From: an uncultured Chthonomonadaceae bacterium
GTDB taxonomy: Bacteria; Armatimonadota; Chthonomonadetes; Chthonomonadales; Chthonomonadaceae
Direction: 5' to 3'
Length of the DNA stretch: 64,000 nt
Assembly (NCBI GenBank): GCA_963817895.1
Contig: CAWFQB010000002.1
Span: 640,001-704,000, forward strand
The translations under genes and the position numbers were made by a program. This document shows, piece after piece, positions 39,033-49,464 of the stretch. The notes under the pieces were generated by a model. The model saw nothing but the letters and a program-made list of their open reading frames with translations, made no database searches and was not told the DNA's origin. Every line of letters begins with the position of its first letter. The stretch's first letter is position 1.

Positions 39033-41452
39033 TCAGTCGTTGCGGCGGAAACGGCGTCCGGCGTCATCGTTGCGATTGTTGTCCGGGCGGTGGGGCCGGA
39101 ACGTGGAGCGCGTGAACCGCTCGTCGCGCCCGCCGAACCGATTGTCCCGGTTGTTGTCTCGATTGCCTTCCTGATTGTCGCGCCCGAATCGGTTGTCGCG
39201 ATTGTCGCCGTCGTTCCGATTGAACGGGCGCGGCTGGCCCTGACCGGGTCCGCCCTCGCCGTCTTCGCGACGCGGGCGGGCAATATCCACATACACGCGC
39301 TTGCCTCGCATTTTGGTCTGCCCCAGTACCTCCATCACGCGGGCAGCGTCGGCTTCGGGAACTTCCACGAACGTGCTGCGATCCATGATGTCAATCGCGC
39401 CGATTTTGTTGCCGGGTACGCCCGCTTCATTGGCAATCGCGCCCACGATGTCGGCGGGCCGTATGCCGTCCTGCCGCCCAATCTGGAGGAACAGGCGAGT
39501 CATGCCGGACTCGGTGCGCTCCTCGACCACATCGGCTTCGGTCACGTCATAGTCCGACGCGCCCTTCTGCGCCTGCCACAGCATTTGCAGCGCGGCTCCC
39601 GCGATTTGCGAAGCGTCCCACTTGCCCTCTTCGGTCAGCTCTTCCACCGTTTGCAGGAAGCCGTCCACATGGCCCGCATTCAGGGTTTCGCGGATTTTCT
39701 CCTTGAACATTTCGCGCCGCCGCGTGGCGATGTCGGCTGCGGTGGGAACGCGGGCAGGCTTGATGGGCGCATTGATGAAGCGCTCGATCAGTTTCAACTG
39801 TCGGCGTTCGCGTGGCGCAATCAGGGTGATGGCGTTGCCGCTGCGTCCGGCTCGTCCCGTGCGCCCGATACGGTGAATGTAGGACTCCACATCCCACGGA
39901 ATGTCGTAGTTGATGACGTGCGTAATCTGGTCAATGTCCAGGCCGCGCGCCGCTACGTCGGTGGCAATCAGCAGGTCGGCCTGTCCCGCCCGGAAGCGGT
40001 TCATCACGCGGTCACGCGCGGCCTGATTCATTTCGCCGTGCAGGGTTTCCGCTTCGTAGCCGCGCAGTTGCAGGGCTTCGCCCAGATCATCCACATCACG
40101 GCGCGTCCGGCAGAACATGATGGTGCTGCCGGGGATTCCATATCCAGAATCCGCGACAGGGCTTCCACTTTCTGCGAGGGCGCCACTTCGTAATAGGTCT
40201 GGTTGACCTGCTCTACGGTGCGGTGCTTGCTTTCGATGCTGACCCGTCTGGGGTTTTTCAGATAATCGCGGGCAAGCGCGGCGATGCGCGGCGGCATGGT
40301 GGCCGAGAATAGCGCGGTCTGGCGCTCTTTGGGCGCTTCTTTCAGAATCTCTTCGACATCTTCCAGAAAGCCCATGTTGAGCATTTCGTCGGCTTCGTCC
40401 AGAATAACCATACGTATCTGGCCGAGTTTGAGCGTGCCGCGCCGCAGGTGGTCGAGAACGCGGCCCGGCGTGCCGACAACGATCTGCGGCCCACCCATGA
40501 GGGCGCGGAACTGGCGGTCAATGGGCTGTCCGCCGTACACGGGAACAACGCGCATCCGGCTGTATTTGGTCAGGTTATGCGTTTCCTGCGCCACCTGAAT
40601 ACACAATTCGCGGGTGGGCAGCAGAATAATCGCCTGTACGTGGTTTAAGCCCGCGTCCAGTTTCTCGGCAAGGGGCAGCGCGAACGCGGCGGTCTTGCCG
40701 GTTCCCGTTTGCGCCTGCCCGATGAGATCGTGTCCCGCAAGCAAAACGGGAATGGACTGCTCCTGAATGGGTGTGGGCGCTTCAAACCCGGCTTCAATAA
40801 TGGCGCGCATTGTCGGCTCGCCCAGATTGAGCGCGCGGAAAGCGGCGGCCGGTTCCACAATCGGCTCGGCAATGGCTTCAACAGCGGGTTCGGCAGGAAC
40901 TTCGGCAACGGTTTTCGCAGCCGGTTCAACGGCGGCGGTTTTGGCGGGCTTGTTCGCGGATTTTGCTGTCGGCTTGCTGACGGCTTCCACAATGGTTTTT
41001 GCAACTGGTTCTACGGCGGCTGCCGCAATCGGTTCAACGGCAGTTTCCGCTGTCGGCGCGCTGACGGTTTCGGCTGTGGCCGCTATTGGTTCGGCGGCGC
41101 TGACAACATCCGCAACAGGCTTGCTGACGGACTTTTTCACCGCTTTGGGCTTTGCGGCGGGTTTGCTGACGGCTTCAGCAGTGAGTTCGCTGACAGTCTC
41201 GCTTTTGGTCTTTGCCGTTTCCGGCGCAACTTCCATATCGGGAAGGTGAATAATTTTAGGTTCTGCAACTGGCATAAGTGTGTCTTCGGTACCTTCGTTC
41301 GTGTCGACGCGCGGTTTGCGCGGTTTGGCACGGGGTGTATCAGGGGTCGGCGTCAATGGTTCCGCCCCGGCGAGTGCCGGAGTCGCGGGCGGCATGAGCG
41401 CGTCCTGAACATCGGCAACGGGTTTCTTTTTGCTGGCTTTGGCTGCGCTCAT
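39033..41452 (-). CDS. deaD: DEAD-box RNA helicase, DeaD/CsdA-like, with one frameshift near 40130
   Basis: AQTGTGKT, PTREL, DEAD, SAT, ARGLD, HRIGRTGRAG, DbpA domain (IRPADIVGAIANE); TCCCCGGC lacks one C relative to ESPGSTIMF. Confidence 0.93.
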
Positions 41453-41598
41453 AGGTGTCGTAATCTCCTCACGGTACTGTTAGTATACCAGATAGGAGCG
41501 GTAACATGTCGGGCTAATTTTCGCTCGTACTATCTACGTAAGACAACCTTCGCAATAATTTACTTTTCGGCGCGAAGCAAGCATTTGCTAAACACCAG

Positions 41599-41637
41599 AA
41601 AACGCGCCGCCTACTTTGAGCGCAGGCGGCGCGTTTT
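41599..41637. terminator. Bidirectional-type terminator
   Basis: AAAACGCGCCGCCT...AGGCGGCGCGTTTT. Confidence 0.75.
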
Positions 41638-41646
41638 GGCGTGAAG

Positions 41647-41691
41647 TGTCTGGAACCATGATTTACACGATTAAAAGATTGCCATGATTGG
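41647..41691. repeat. Solo left arm of the palindromic hairpin element
   Basis: TGTCTGGAACCATGATTTACACGATTAAAAGATTGCCATGATTGG. Confidence 0.75.
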
Positions 41692-41826
41692 TCTCCGAAA
41701 GATTACCAGTATATAAAAAAACCTGATCTTATTCCTGTCCATTTACAGCCCGCACAAGTTGCTCTGGCGGCGTTTCCTGCCGTTCTGCGGCGGTTCTGCT
41801 ACTATTCGCCCTTCCTAAATGACCTG

Positions 41827-42378
41827 CTATTGTTCTGTCGGCAAATTATGACAGGTGGGGGGATTGGCAATTAATGCGCTTACGTGCCTCATCTGCGTGA
41901 GAATGGAAGGCAAGTAGGTTTGGTCATTTACAAATTGATAGCGAAGTAAGGCTTCCTGGTCAGTTTCCTGGTCAATTTGAAAGCGTCGTCCGGCTTCTTG
42001 AGCGATACTGAACTCTAGTTGCCATAGAAGGTGGCCTAGTTTGTTGATGCTGATATACATACGAAACTGTGTCTTAGCATGACCATCCTTGAGTTGAAAC
42101 TCAACGCGCCCGTTGAGGGTTTGATGCAGTTCCCGCAACTCCTGCTCTAATGTGTCCCACTCTAACCGGTTCATGCGAAGATGAAAATGAGCCGTGCAGA
42201 ATGGGCTTGCGACGTCAATATGGGTCACAAACGAGGTGGATTCAGGCGTTTTCAAACTGGGATCAAATTCCTCAGTGTCATCCCAATAAAGACGCGATGT
42301 TGGAGGTATAGGAATACTCATGCGCAGGCGTGAGTCTTGGTTATTAGAATGGATCAAAACAATGGCTTCACTTGACAT
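41827..42378 (-). CDS. Hypothetical protein
   Basis: 183 aa AT-richer ORF; start may be the internal MSIPIPP. Confidence 0.6.
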   Translation of the reverse strand: MSSEAIVLIHSNNQDSRLRMSIPIPPTSRLYWDDTEEFDPSLKTPESTSFVTHIDVASPFCTAHFHLRMNRLEWDTLEQELRELHQTLNGRVEFQLKDGHAKTQFRMYISINKLGHLLWQLEFSIAQEAGRRFQIDQETDQEALLRYQFVNDQTYLPSILTQMRHVSALIANPPTCHNLPTEQ

Positions 42379-42781
42379 AGCGGTTCAGGCGCGTGGGAAG
42401 CAACTCTTCTTTCAGTGTCACACGAAACGTTCTGCCGACTTCGCGTACAATGGCAAGCAACACATCAGCAAAATCCACGTCGTTGACATCTACATCCTCT
42501 GCATCCGCCTCGAAATACACCACCAAAAATGGACGTGTCTTTGCTGTCGGCGTGGTCAGGCGTTGATACAATCGCTTCAACTCGGTAGATTTGCCACAAC
42601 CACGATGCCCGGTGAACAACAGATGCACGGGTTTGTCCGACCTTCGTACCGAGTTTGCGATTTGCGCGACAAGATCATCCGTGCCACGCACATCATCACA
42701 GGGAACGTAGCGCGCGTCGCCGTAGTTGAGCGGTTCGGCGGGATCACACTTCTGGTAAAACAGGTCTATGCCTTCTGCCAT
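42368..42781 (-). pseudogene. Truncated P-loop ATPase (N-terminal 137 aa)
   Basis: GAGGAGG RBS, LFTGHRGCGKSTEL Walker A, no Walker B before the stop. Confidence 0.7.
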
Positions 42782-42894
42782 TCTCGTATCCTCCTCGTTT
42801 TCTTATTATATCTCATTTCGCGTTAGCAATGACGCATAGCTCTACGCGCTTCAATTGTTGAGCGAAAATATTTGCAAAATAATTGCAGGGCCGC

Positions 42895-42925
42895 TTGACT
42901 CTCCCGTTACCGGAGGCTTTATACT
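42895..42925 (+). promoter_or_regulatory. MerR-type promoter/operator with 19-bp spacer
   Basis: TTGACT, CTCCcgttaccGGAGgctt (19 bp), TATACT. Confidence 0.88.
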
Positions 42926-42993
42926 GTGCTTGTTCGGTAAAGAGAGTGGATTGTAGGGGGTGTAGAGCGGTTTGAACGGTACGGGAAACAACT

Positions 42994-43821
42994 ATGTTCA
43001 AAATCGGTGATTTTTCCAGAATGAGTCAGGTTTCGGTGAAGGCGCTGCGGCATTATGACGACGTGGGGTTGCTGGAACCGGCGCATGTGGATGAGGAATC
43101 CGGCTACCGCTACTACGCGGCGGATCAACTGGCAATGCTCAACCGTATTCTCGCGCTGAAAGATTTAGGCTTTTCGTTGGAACAGGTTGCCCGTTTATTA
43201 CAGGAGGGCCTGTCGCCTGCGGAGATGCGGGGCATGCTGCGCCTGCGGCAACAGGAGATACAGCAGCGCATGGAAGAGGAACAGGGACGATTAGAGCGCG
43301 TCGAGGCTCGGCTGCGGCAGATCGAGCAGGAGGGCAACGCTTCGCCTTACGATGTGATTCTGAAGCAGACGGAAGCGCGGCATATCGCCGGATTACGCGC
43401 CACAATTTCTCAATTTGTGGATGTCCCCTTGCTGTTCACAGAGTTTTATACGGAAATACACAAGATGGGCATACAAACGCGCGGACCGCACCTGATGTTC
43501 TGGCACGACAAAGAGTACCGGGAAAACGCGATTGACGCCGAAGCAGCGGCAGCCATCGAGCCTGAAGCCGTTGCGCGCGTTGCGCAAAGTTCGCGCATAC
43601 GCCCACGCGAGTTAGCCGGGGAAACCGTTCTCAGCGTGGTGCATCGCGGCCATCAGGATGGTATCGAACATGCTTACAAACCTCTGTTGGAACGGATTGC
43701 GGCAAACCAGTATCAGGTGGCCGGCCCCTTCCGCGTTCTGGTGTTGAAATGGGGCTTTGACATGCCCCCCGAAGAGATTGTCAGCGAAATACAGGTTCCC
43801 ATTAAGAGCCTCTCCCAATAG
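42994..43821 (+). CDS. MerR-family regulator with GyrI-like effector domain (BmrR-like)
   Basis: MFKIGDFSR..VSVKALRHYD..GLL.P..VD..SGYRYY; VVHRG, EIQVPI. Confidence 0.95.
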   Translation: MFKIGDFSRMSQVSVKALRHYDDVGLLEPAHVDEESGYRYYAADQLAMLNRILALKDLGFSLEQVARLLQEGLSPAEMRGMLRLRQQEIQQRMEEEQGRLERVEARLRQIEQEGNASPYDVILKQTEARHIAGLRATISQFVDVPLLFTEFYTEIHKMGIQTRGPHLMFWHDKEYRENAIDAEAAAAIEPEAVARVAQSSRIRPRELAGETVLSVVHRGHQDGIEHAYKPLLERIAANQYQVAGPFRVLVLKWGFDMPPEEIVSEIQVPIKSLSQ

Positions 43822-43907
43822 GCGATTGCATTTGCGTCCGAAGGACGCCTGGCCGCAGGCCACTCAGACGGGTACGTTCTTTGTACCCGGCCTAATGGGA
43901 GAGGCTC
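43806..43907. mobile_element. 102-bp MITE-like element, copy 1, flanked by TAA direct repeats
   Basis: TIR GAGCCTCTCCCA(A/T)TAGG; near-identical copy at 52318-52420. Confidence 0.85.
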
Positions 43908-44033
43908 TAAACCGCCGTCAGCAGAAGATTGACAGCAACCTTCGCCCCGTCCTCTTCCCGAAATTCGGGGAGGGAAACGTTGATGGATAACCGGGCAAGG
44001 AAACGCCGCGCAGCAAGTGAGGAGGACAATATT

Positions 44034-44894
44034 ATGAAGATCATTATGAAGACTACACAACGGTTTTTTTCATCCCGCCGGGAACGACAAGGCAGTTCGC
44101 GCATTCGCCTGCTGTCTTTTGCGGTTGCCAATCTTGGCGCATTGACAATGGGGAGCCTGTTGCTCTTCAATGGGACGACTGCCCCGGCACAAACCGAGCC
44201 ACCCTCCGCCGATAAAGCGAAACCGGCAGATGTCGCCAATGCCGGCGCGAAGCCCCTTCACAAAGATGGCCGCCCCGCGCGTTTGGACATGCAGATTCGC
44301 GAGGACTTCTTCGTCGGCTTCACTGGGGATGACGCGCGGCTGACGCATGGCATAAAAGTTTGCGAGCAGATGATGGCAAAGTATCCCGACTTTGCGGAAG
44401 CGATGGTCTGGCACGGCAGCGGGATGGTTTTTCAAGCCTCGAAACTGTTTGCCAAAGGCGACTCGAAGCAGGGAATGACTGTGTGGCAAAAGGGTCTGGA
44501 CGAAATGGATGCGGCGGTGAAATTGGAGCCGAACAACATTTCCGTGCTGATTCCCCGCGCCGCCACCCTGATTCCCGGCGCGCGTTTCATCAACTATAAA
44601 CCCCTTGCCGATAGCCTCTGGACGCGCGCCGCGTCCGATTACGAGAAGACGTATGCCGTCCAGAAAGCCGACTTTGATAAGCTCGACGCGCATTCCAAAG
44701 GGGAATTGCTGTTCGGACTGGCCGAAGTGAATGCGCGGTTAGGCAAGGAGGAGAAAGCGCGGGCGTACTTGAAACAGATACAGCAGGTGTGCAAGGCGAC
44801 GGATTACGTGACCGAAGCGCAATCATGGCTGGACAGGAAGACCCTGACAACGGGCTTGCCTTCCCGCAACTGCATCGGCTGCCATGTCAAGTAG
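44034..44894 (+). CDS. Exported TPR-like protein with a C-terminal CxxCH motif
   Basis: GAGGAGG RBS, signal-like N-terminus, helical repeats, ends RNCIGCHVK. Confidence 0.8.
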   Translation: MKIIMKTTQRFFSSRRERQGSSRIRLLSFAVANLGALTMGSLLLFNGTTAPAQTEPPSADKAKPADVANAGAKPLHKDGRPARLDMQIREDFFVGFTGDDARLTHGIKVCEQMMAKYPDFAEAMVWHGSGMVFQASKLFAKGDSKQGMTVWQKGLDEMDAAVKLEPNNISVLIPRAATLIPGARFINYKPLADSLWTRAASDYEKTYAVQKADFDKLDAHSKGELLFGLAEVNARLGKEEKARAYLKQIQQVCKATDYVTEAQSWLDRKTLTTGLPSRNCIGCHVK

Positions 44895-45044
44895 TTGGTG
44901 ATTGGTAGTTGGTGATTGGTGGTTGGTGACTGGCGCTAATTTTCAAGCGCATCACATCATAACGATTTATAACGAGGACAGCATCAGACATGGCACAGGT
45001 AACAACGATAGATCCCCAACCACTAACCACCAGCCACCAACCAC
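44891..45044. repeat. Convergent heptamer pair (TTGGTGA-like x6 / CCAACCA-like x4) bracketing the ABC ATPase start
   Basis: Arms at 44891-44933 and 45016-45044 (second arm is coding: PQPLTTSHQP). Confidence 0.85.
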
Positions 45045-46027
45045 TGCTGCAAGTACGGCAGTTGCGCAAGCAGTATGACCACATTATCGCCGTCAATGAC
45101 ATTGACTTTGAGATCGAACGCGGCGAGATTTTCGGGTTGCTTGGGCCGAACGGCGCGGGCAAAACCACGACTATCAGCATGTTGGCGGGAACGCTGACGC
45201 CGGGAGGAGGCGCGATCCTGCTGAACGGGTATGCTTCGAGCGCCACGCCGGACGGACGCCGACTGCTCGGCCTGGTTCCGCAGGAACTGGCGATTTACAA
45301 CAAACTGACGGCGCGGGAAAATCTGGATTTTTTCGGGGAACTGTACGGATTGCATGGAGTCGGCCTTGTGAAACGCAGCGACGAGATGCTGCAACTGGTC
45401 GGGCTTGCGGAGCGGGCGGGAGATCGCGCGGACACGTTTTCGGGCGGCATGAAGCGGCGTCTGAACCTTGCCGTCGGCCTGATGCACAATCCGCAACTGC
45501 TGATGCTGGACGAGCCGACTGTGGGCGTTGATCCGCAGTCTCGCAACCACATTTTTGAAGGGGTGCGGACACTGAACCGGGCGGGGCTGACCGTGCTATA
45601 TACCAGCCACTATATGGAAGAGGTGCAGGCGTTGTGTCACCGCGTCGGCATCATGGACGGCGGCAATCTCATCGCCTGCGATACGGTTTCCAATCTGATT
45701 TCAAGTCACGGCAAACCGGTCATTGAAATTCTACTGGATACCGCGCGGATTGCGCCGGAACTGCAAACCCAACTGGAACGGATGGAAGCGGTTCAATCGG
45801 TTCAGGTTGTACCCGCAATCCAAACGCCGGAAACATCGGCAGCGGACAGGGATGCTGAAGACGCTGGTACAATGCTGCATATCAGCATGGAGCAGCCCAA
45901 TCGCCTGTTGCCGGAAATCATCCTTGCCCTGAGCGCGGCCAAACTGCCCATTCTGTCCCTAAACGTCAAGCGTCCCACCCTCGAAGATGTGTTTCTCGCC
46001 CTGACCGGCAAGACATTGAGAGATTGA
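44990..46027 (+). CDS. ABC-2 exporter ATP-binding protein
   Basis: GPNGAGKTT, FSGGMKRR, LDEPTVGVDPQSR, PTLEDVFLALTG. Confidence 0.96.
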   Translation: MAQVTTIDPQPLTTSHQPLLQVRQLRKQYDHIIAVNDIDFEIERGEIFGLLGPNGAGKTTTISMLAGTLTPGGGAILLNGYASSATPDGRRLLGLVPQELAIYNKLTARENLDFFGELYGLHGVGLVKRSDEMLQLVGLAERAGDRADTFSGGMKRRLNLAVGLMHNPQLLMLDEPTVGVDPQSRNHIFEGVRTLNRAGLTVLYTSHYMEEVQALCHRVGIMDGGNLIACDTVSNLISSHGKPVIEILLDTARIAPELQTQLERMEAVQSVQVVPAIQTPETSAADRDAEDAGTMLHISMEQPNRLLPEIILALSAAKLPILSLNVKRPTLEDVFLALTGKTLRD

Positions 46028-46036
46028 GGAAGGAAA

Positions 46037-46132
46037 GAGATAGGAGATAGGAGATACGAGAAATACATTTCGGATACTGAATACCTTGTATCTTGCATGA
46101 ACTCCTATCTCCTATCTCCTATCTCGTATCTC
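46037..46132. repeat. Convergent heptamer pair (GAGATAG / CTATCTC)
   Basis: Arms at 46037-46061 and 46102-46132. Confidence 0.85.
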
Positions 46133-46146
46133 AATTTGGAGGTTCC

Positions 46147-47418
46147 ATGCCATTCTGGAGCATTGCGCGGAAAGACATCCGCACCATATTGCGCGACAAG
46201 TCCGGGGCCATTATGTTTTTCATTCTGCCCCTTGTGTTTCTGTTCGTATTCGGAGCCGCTTTTGGAGGACGGTCGCAGGGCGAAACCAAAAGCCCCTTCA
46301 AGATTTTGGTGAGCAACGCGGATCGTGGCACACATGGCGGGGAAATGCTTCGCGCCATGCGGCAGGTGAATCTGACCACACAAGAAACAACGGAGGGCGC
46401 TGCATTCGTTGAACAGAAGGTAAGTAAGGGCAATTACGCGATTGGCGTCGTTTTGCCGCCGGATTTCAGCGCGCAATTGGAAGCCTATGTGAAAACGGCG
46501 GCGGAGGGCAGACAAAGCCCGCTCCTCACACAAATGCGCGTGTTGATTGACCCGGCGCAGCCACAGGTGGCGGGCATGGCGAAGGGCGCGATTTTCGCTT
46601 CTGTGCAGCGCGTGATGGGGCCGCTGTATCGGGAAGCCGCCCTTGCGCGGGTTCCCGCCGCGTACCGGGAAATGGCCGCAAAGAACATGACGGCGCAAAG
46701 CGGCAACGGCGTAATGCCGTTTGAAATGAGCGGCGAAGAACCGGGAAACGCGCAGGCGAGTGCGGCAAAAGACGCGGCAGGGGAAACTGAGACGAACAAA
46801 ACGGGCGTGGTGAAACGCGATCAGATCACAGCCGGGGATGTTATCACGCCCGGTTTTGCTGTGTACTTTGTGTTTTTTCTGGCGAACAGCGTTGCCGTTA
46901 GCCTGCTATTGGAGCGGCAGGAGGGGACGTTGCGCCGGATGTTGAGCGCGCCCATTCCCCGCTCACAGATTCTGCTCGGTAAACTTGTGGCGCGCGGTAT
47001 TTTGGGCATATTGCAAACGCTGGTTCTGTTCGGCGCGGCGGGACTGTTCCTGCATACGCACTACGGCCACTCCCCGCTCGGCATTGCGGTTGTCGCGCTG
47101 GCAACCATTTTCACCGCAACGGGATTGGGACTGCTGATTGCCACCTTCGCCAAAACGCCCGAACAGATTCAGAGTACGACCACGCTGCTGCTGCTGATTA
47201 TGGGCGCGATTTCCGGCTGCCTGATGCCGCGCATGTTCCTGCCCGAATCCGTGCAGAGGTTCAGCCTGATAACGCCCCACGCCTGGGCGTTGACCGCGTA
47301 TCAGGATTTGATGCTGCGCGGGCGTTCTCTGTCGGAAGTATTGCCCGATGTTCTGGCGGTTGTCGCCTTCGGCGCAGTATTTTATATTCTGGCTCTGGCC
47401 CGCTTTCGTTTTGAATGA
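46147..47418 (+). CDS. ABC-2 exporter permease
   Basis: ERQEGTLRRMLSAP, ILLGK, ITPHAWA; multiple TM helices. Confidence 0.93.
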   Translation: MPFWSIARKDIRTILRDKSGAIMFFILPLVFLFVFGAAFGGRSQGETKSPFKILVSNADRGTHGGEMLRAMRQVNLTTQETTEGAAFVEQKVSKGNYAIGVVLPPDFSAQLEAYVKTAAEGRQSPLLTQMRVLIDPAQPQVAGMAKGAIFASVQRVMGPLYREAALARVPAAYREMAAKNMTAQSGNGVMPFEMSGEEPGNAQASAAKDAAGETETNKTGVVKRDQITAGDVITPGFAVYFVFFLANSVAVSLLLERQEGTLRRMLSAPIPRSQILLGKLVARGILGILQTLVLFGAAGLFLHTHYGHSPLGIAVVALATIFTATGLGLLIATFAKTPEQIQSTTTLLLLIMGAISGCLMPRMFLPESVQRFSLITPHAWALTAYQDLMLRGRSLSEVLPDVLAVVAFGAVFYILALARFRFE

Positions 47419-47433
47419 CAAACTTGACACGGT

Positions 47434-47670
47434 TCAGTTCGGCTGTAAAAGCCATGCTTCCACATCTGCCAGCGTATTGAAGTCGAATAAGGCAAGTCCC
47501 AAGTCATTCAACTGTGTTGTAGATAATTCCTGTAGCCGTGTCTGCGATTCTGTAGATAGCACACCCAACCGACCGACTATCATAAACATTAATAGCAGCA
47601 CCTTGCCTTCTCGTGCCTGTTGAGCATAAGTTGCTGTTTGAATCTCCTCATGTCCTTCCATACGGCCCAT
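47434..47670 (-). CDS. Stand-alone DUF4351-like (Rpn C-terminal) small protein or gene remnant
   Basis: RLGVLS....RLQELSTTQLNDLGLALFDFNTLADVEAWL; GGAGG upstream. Confidence 0.65.
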   Translation of the reverse strand: MGRMEGHEEIQTATYAQQAREGKVLLLMFMIVGRLGVLSTESQTRLQELSTTQLNDLGLALFDFNTLADVEAWLLQPN

Positions 47671-48055
47671 CAGCCTCCAATTGGTTATTGGTTTTCGATT
47701 TACATAGACGGTATATATGTTTATTTTCCTACTCGGCGACAAACTTACAGGCTCTGTAATTTTGTTGGGTTTTTTGTCACAGCTCATTGTATCCTGTTCT
47801 GCTTTATTGCCAGGTTGTTCTGCCAGTCTTATTTTATTTTTCGATGCCAAGTTTTTCTTTGCGCCTTTCCCACCAGATCATGCCCACAGCCCATCAGAGA
47901 GAAATTATGAGCCATGCCTGCCAATCTAATGGTTCGTGGAGTAATGTATTCACGAGCAACATAATGACAAAATAACCCGCAAAATAGTAGACAAACGTTG
48001 CATATGTAGACCATCGGCGTTTCTGCTTTTGCACGATTGCTCCTAACGGCTGTTA

Positions 48056-49111
48056 TTACAGGGGCGGCTGCGGCACTTCGACCATTTTGCCGGTTTCTGA
48101 GGCTTCAATGGTGGCGAAGACTAGAGCAAGCGTGTTCAGGTTGTCGCGCCCGCTGGTTTCCGGTTCCGCGCCGGATTCGATACACGCCCGCCAGTGGTAC
48201 AGATCGTAGTGGTGGCCCTGCGCGCCGATGGAGGGCGCCCACAGGGGTTCGCCCCAGGGTTCCGGCAGGGGCGTGAAGAAGTGCATGGCGTCAAACTGCG
48301 AAGTGTCGGCGTTCTGCGGAAAGTAACGAACCGGCCCCCACTCATCGCGCTGATTCCAGACCAGACTCCCCTTCGTACCCGTAATCACCCATCGCCCGTT
48401 CCAGCCCGTGTCCACGCCGGGGGATGCGAAACTGCCCGTGTAGTTGACCTTGACGCCGTTTGCGAAATCAATCCACGCGAACGCGCTCAAATCACCCTGC
48501 GTATTGCTCACGCGCGGATTCCATGTTTGCGCCATTACCCGCGCAGCGTTGCAGCCGAGCAGATAGCGCATCATGTCGAAGTGATGCACGGCCATGTCCA
48601 TCAGAAACGGGTGCGGCATTTTCTGCCGCCAGCCGAACAGCAATCCCTGAATCTGGAATTCTACGTGAACATGATCCACTTCGCCAATCGCGCCTTCAGA
48701 AATCAGGCGGCGCAGAAAGCGTGGCTGATCGTGGTAGCGGAACTGCTGCGTCACCATCAGGATGCGATCTGCTTCCTGAGCCGCGCGCACGATTCTGACC
48801 GCGACAGCCATGTTTTCCGCAAGGGGTTTTTCCGCCAGAACGTGCAGTCCGGCCCGTAAAGCGAGAATGCTGGTATATTCGTGGCACGGAACCGGGGTAC
48901 AATCTATCAACCCGTCCGCCTGCACAGCGGCAACCGCCTCTTCCACGTTGGAAAACAAACGCTCCGGGGGCAGGCCCAACGTTTCGCCCGCCATGCGCAG
49001 CGCGTCGGGATTGGGGTCCACAAGAGCAACATGTTCAAATCCGTCACAGTCTCGCGCGGCGTAAATCCAGCTTTGTCCGAAGCCACCCACGCCCGCTTGT
49101 ATCACGCGCAT
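48056..49111 (-). CDS. Gfo/Idh/MocA-family oxidoreductase
   Basis: GVGGFG, HVLAEKP, DMAVHHFD. Confidence 0.93.
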   Translation of the reverse strand: MRVIQAGVGGFGQSWIYAARDCDGFEHVALVDPNPDALRMAGETLGLPPERLFSNVEEAVAAVQADGLIDCTPVPCHEYTSILALRAGLHVLAEKPLAENMAVAVRIVRAAQEADRILMVTQQFRYHDQPRFLRRLISEGAIGEVDHVHVEFQIQGLLFGWRQKMPHPFLMDMAVHHFDMMRYLLGCNAARVMAQTWNPRVSNTQGDLSAFAWIDFANGVKVNYTGSFASPGVDTGWNGRWVITGTKGSLVWNQRDEWGPVRYFPQNADTSQFDAMHFFTPLPEPWGEPLWAPSIGAQGHHYDLYHWRACIESGAEPETSGRDNLNTLALVFATIEASETGKMVEVPQPPL

Positions 49112-49464
49112 ACCGATTATATCTCCTCACAGCGCATCCAATCTCTCGTCCCTGAAAGGCGCTGTTCTGTTGCTATGAACATATCTTGCTGATAGTGTTA
49201 TAGAATGCTCCGAAAGCCGGAGATTTTCCGGCGTCAATATCATCGGATTGACTGTTATTTTACCTTATATGAAAATCTGTGACAATGAAATTTGTGTGCA
49301 GTGGCAAACACAATGCCTGTGCGCTTTTTAACAGGTAATTCTGCTGGCACCAGACGAGGGTAAACCTGATACCAACGCGCATATAATGACAATTTAAGAC
49401 ACAGTAATACCAGACTCGGCAATGCCGCGCAGGGTTCCCTTTTCTCACTTATTCAGGAGTAAAC

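Noticed and set aside
38841..41644. Long plus-strand ORFs opposite the helicase
   Set aside because: Antisense shadows of a GC-rich, repetitive gene.
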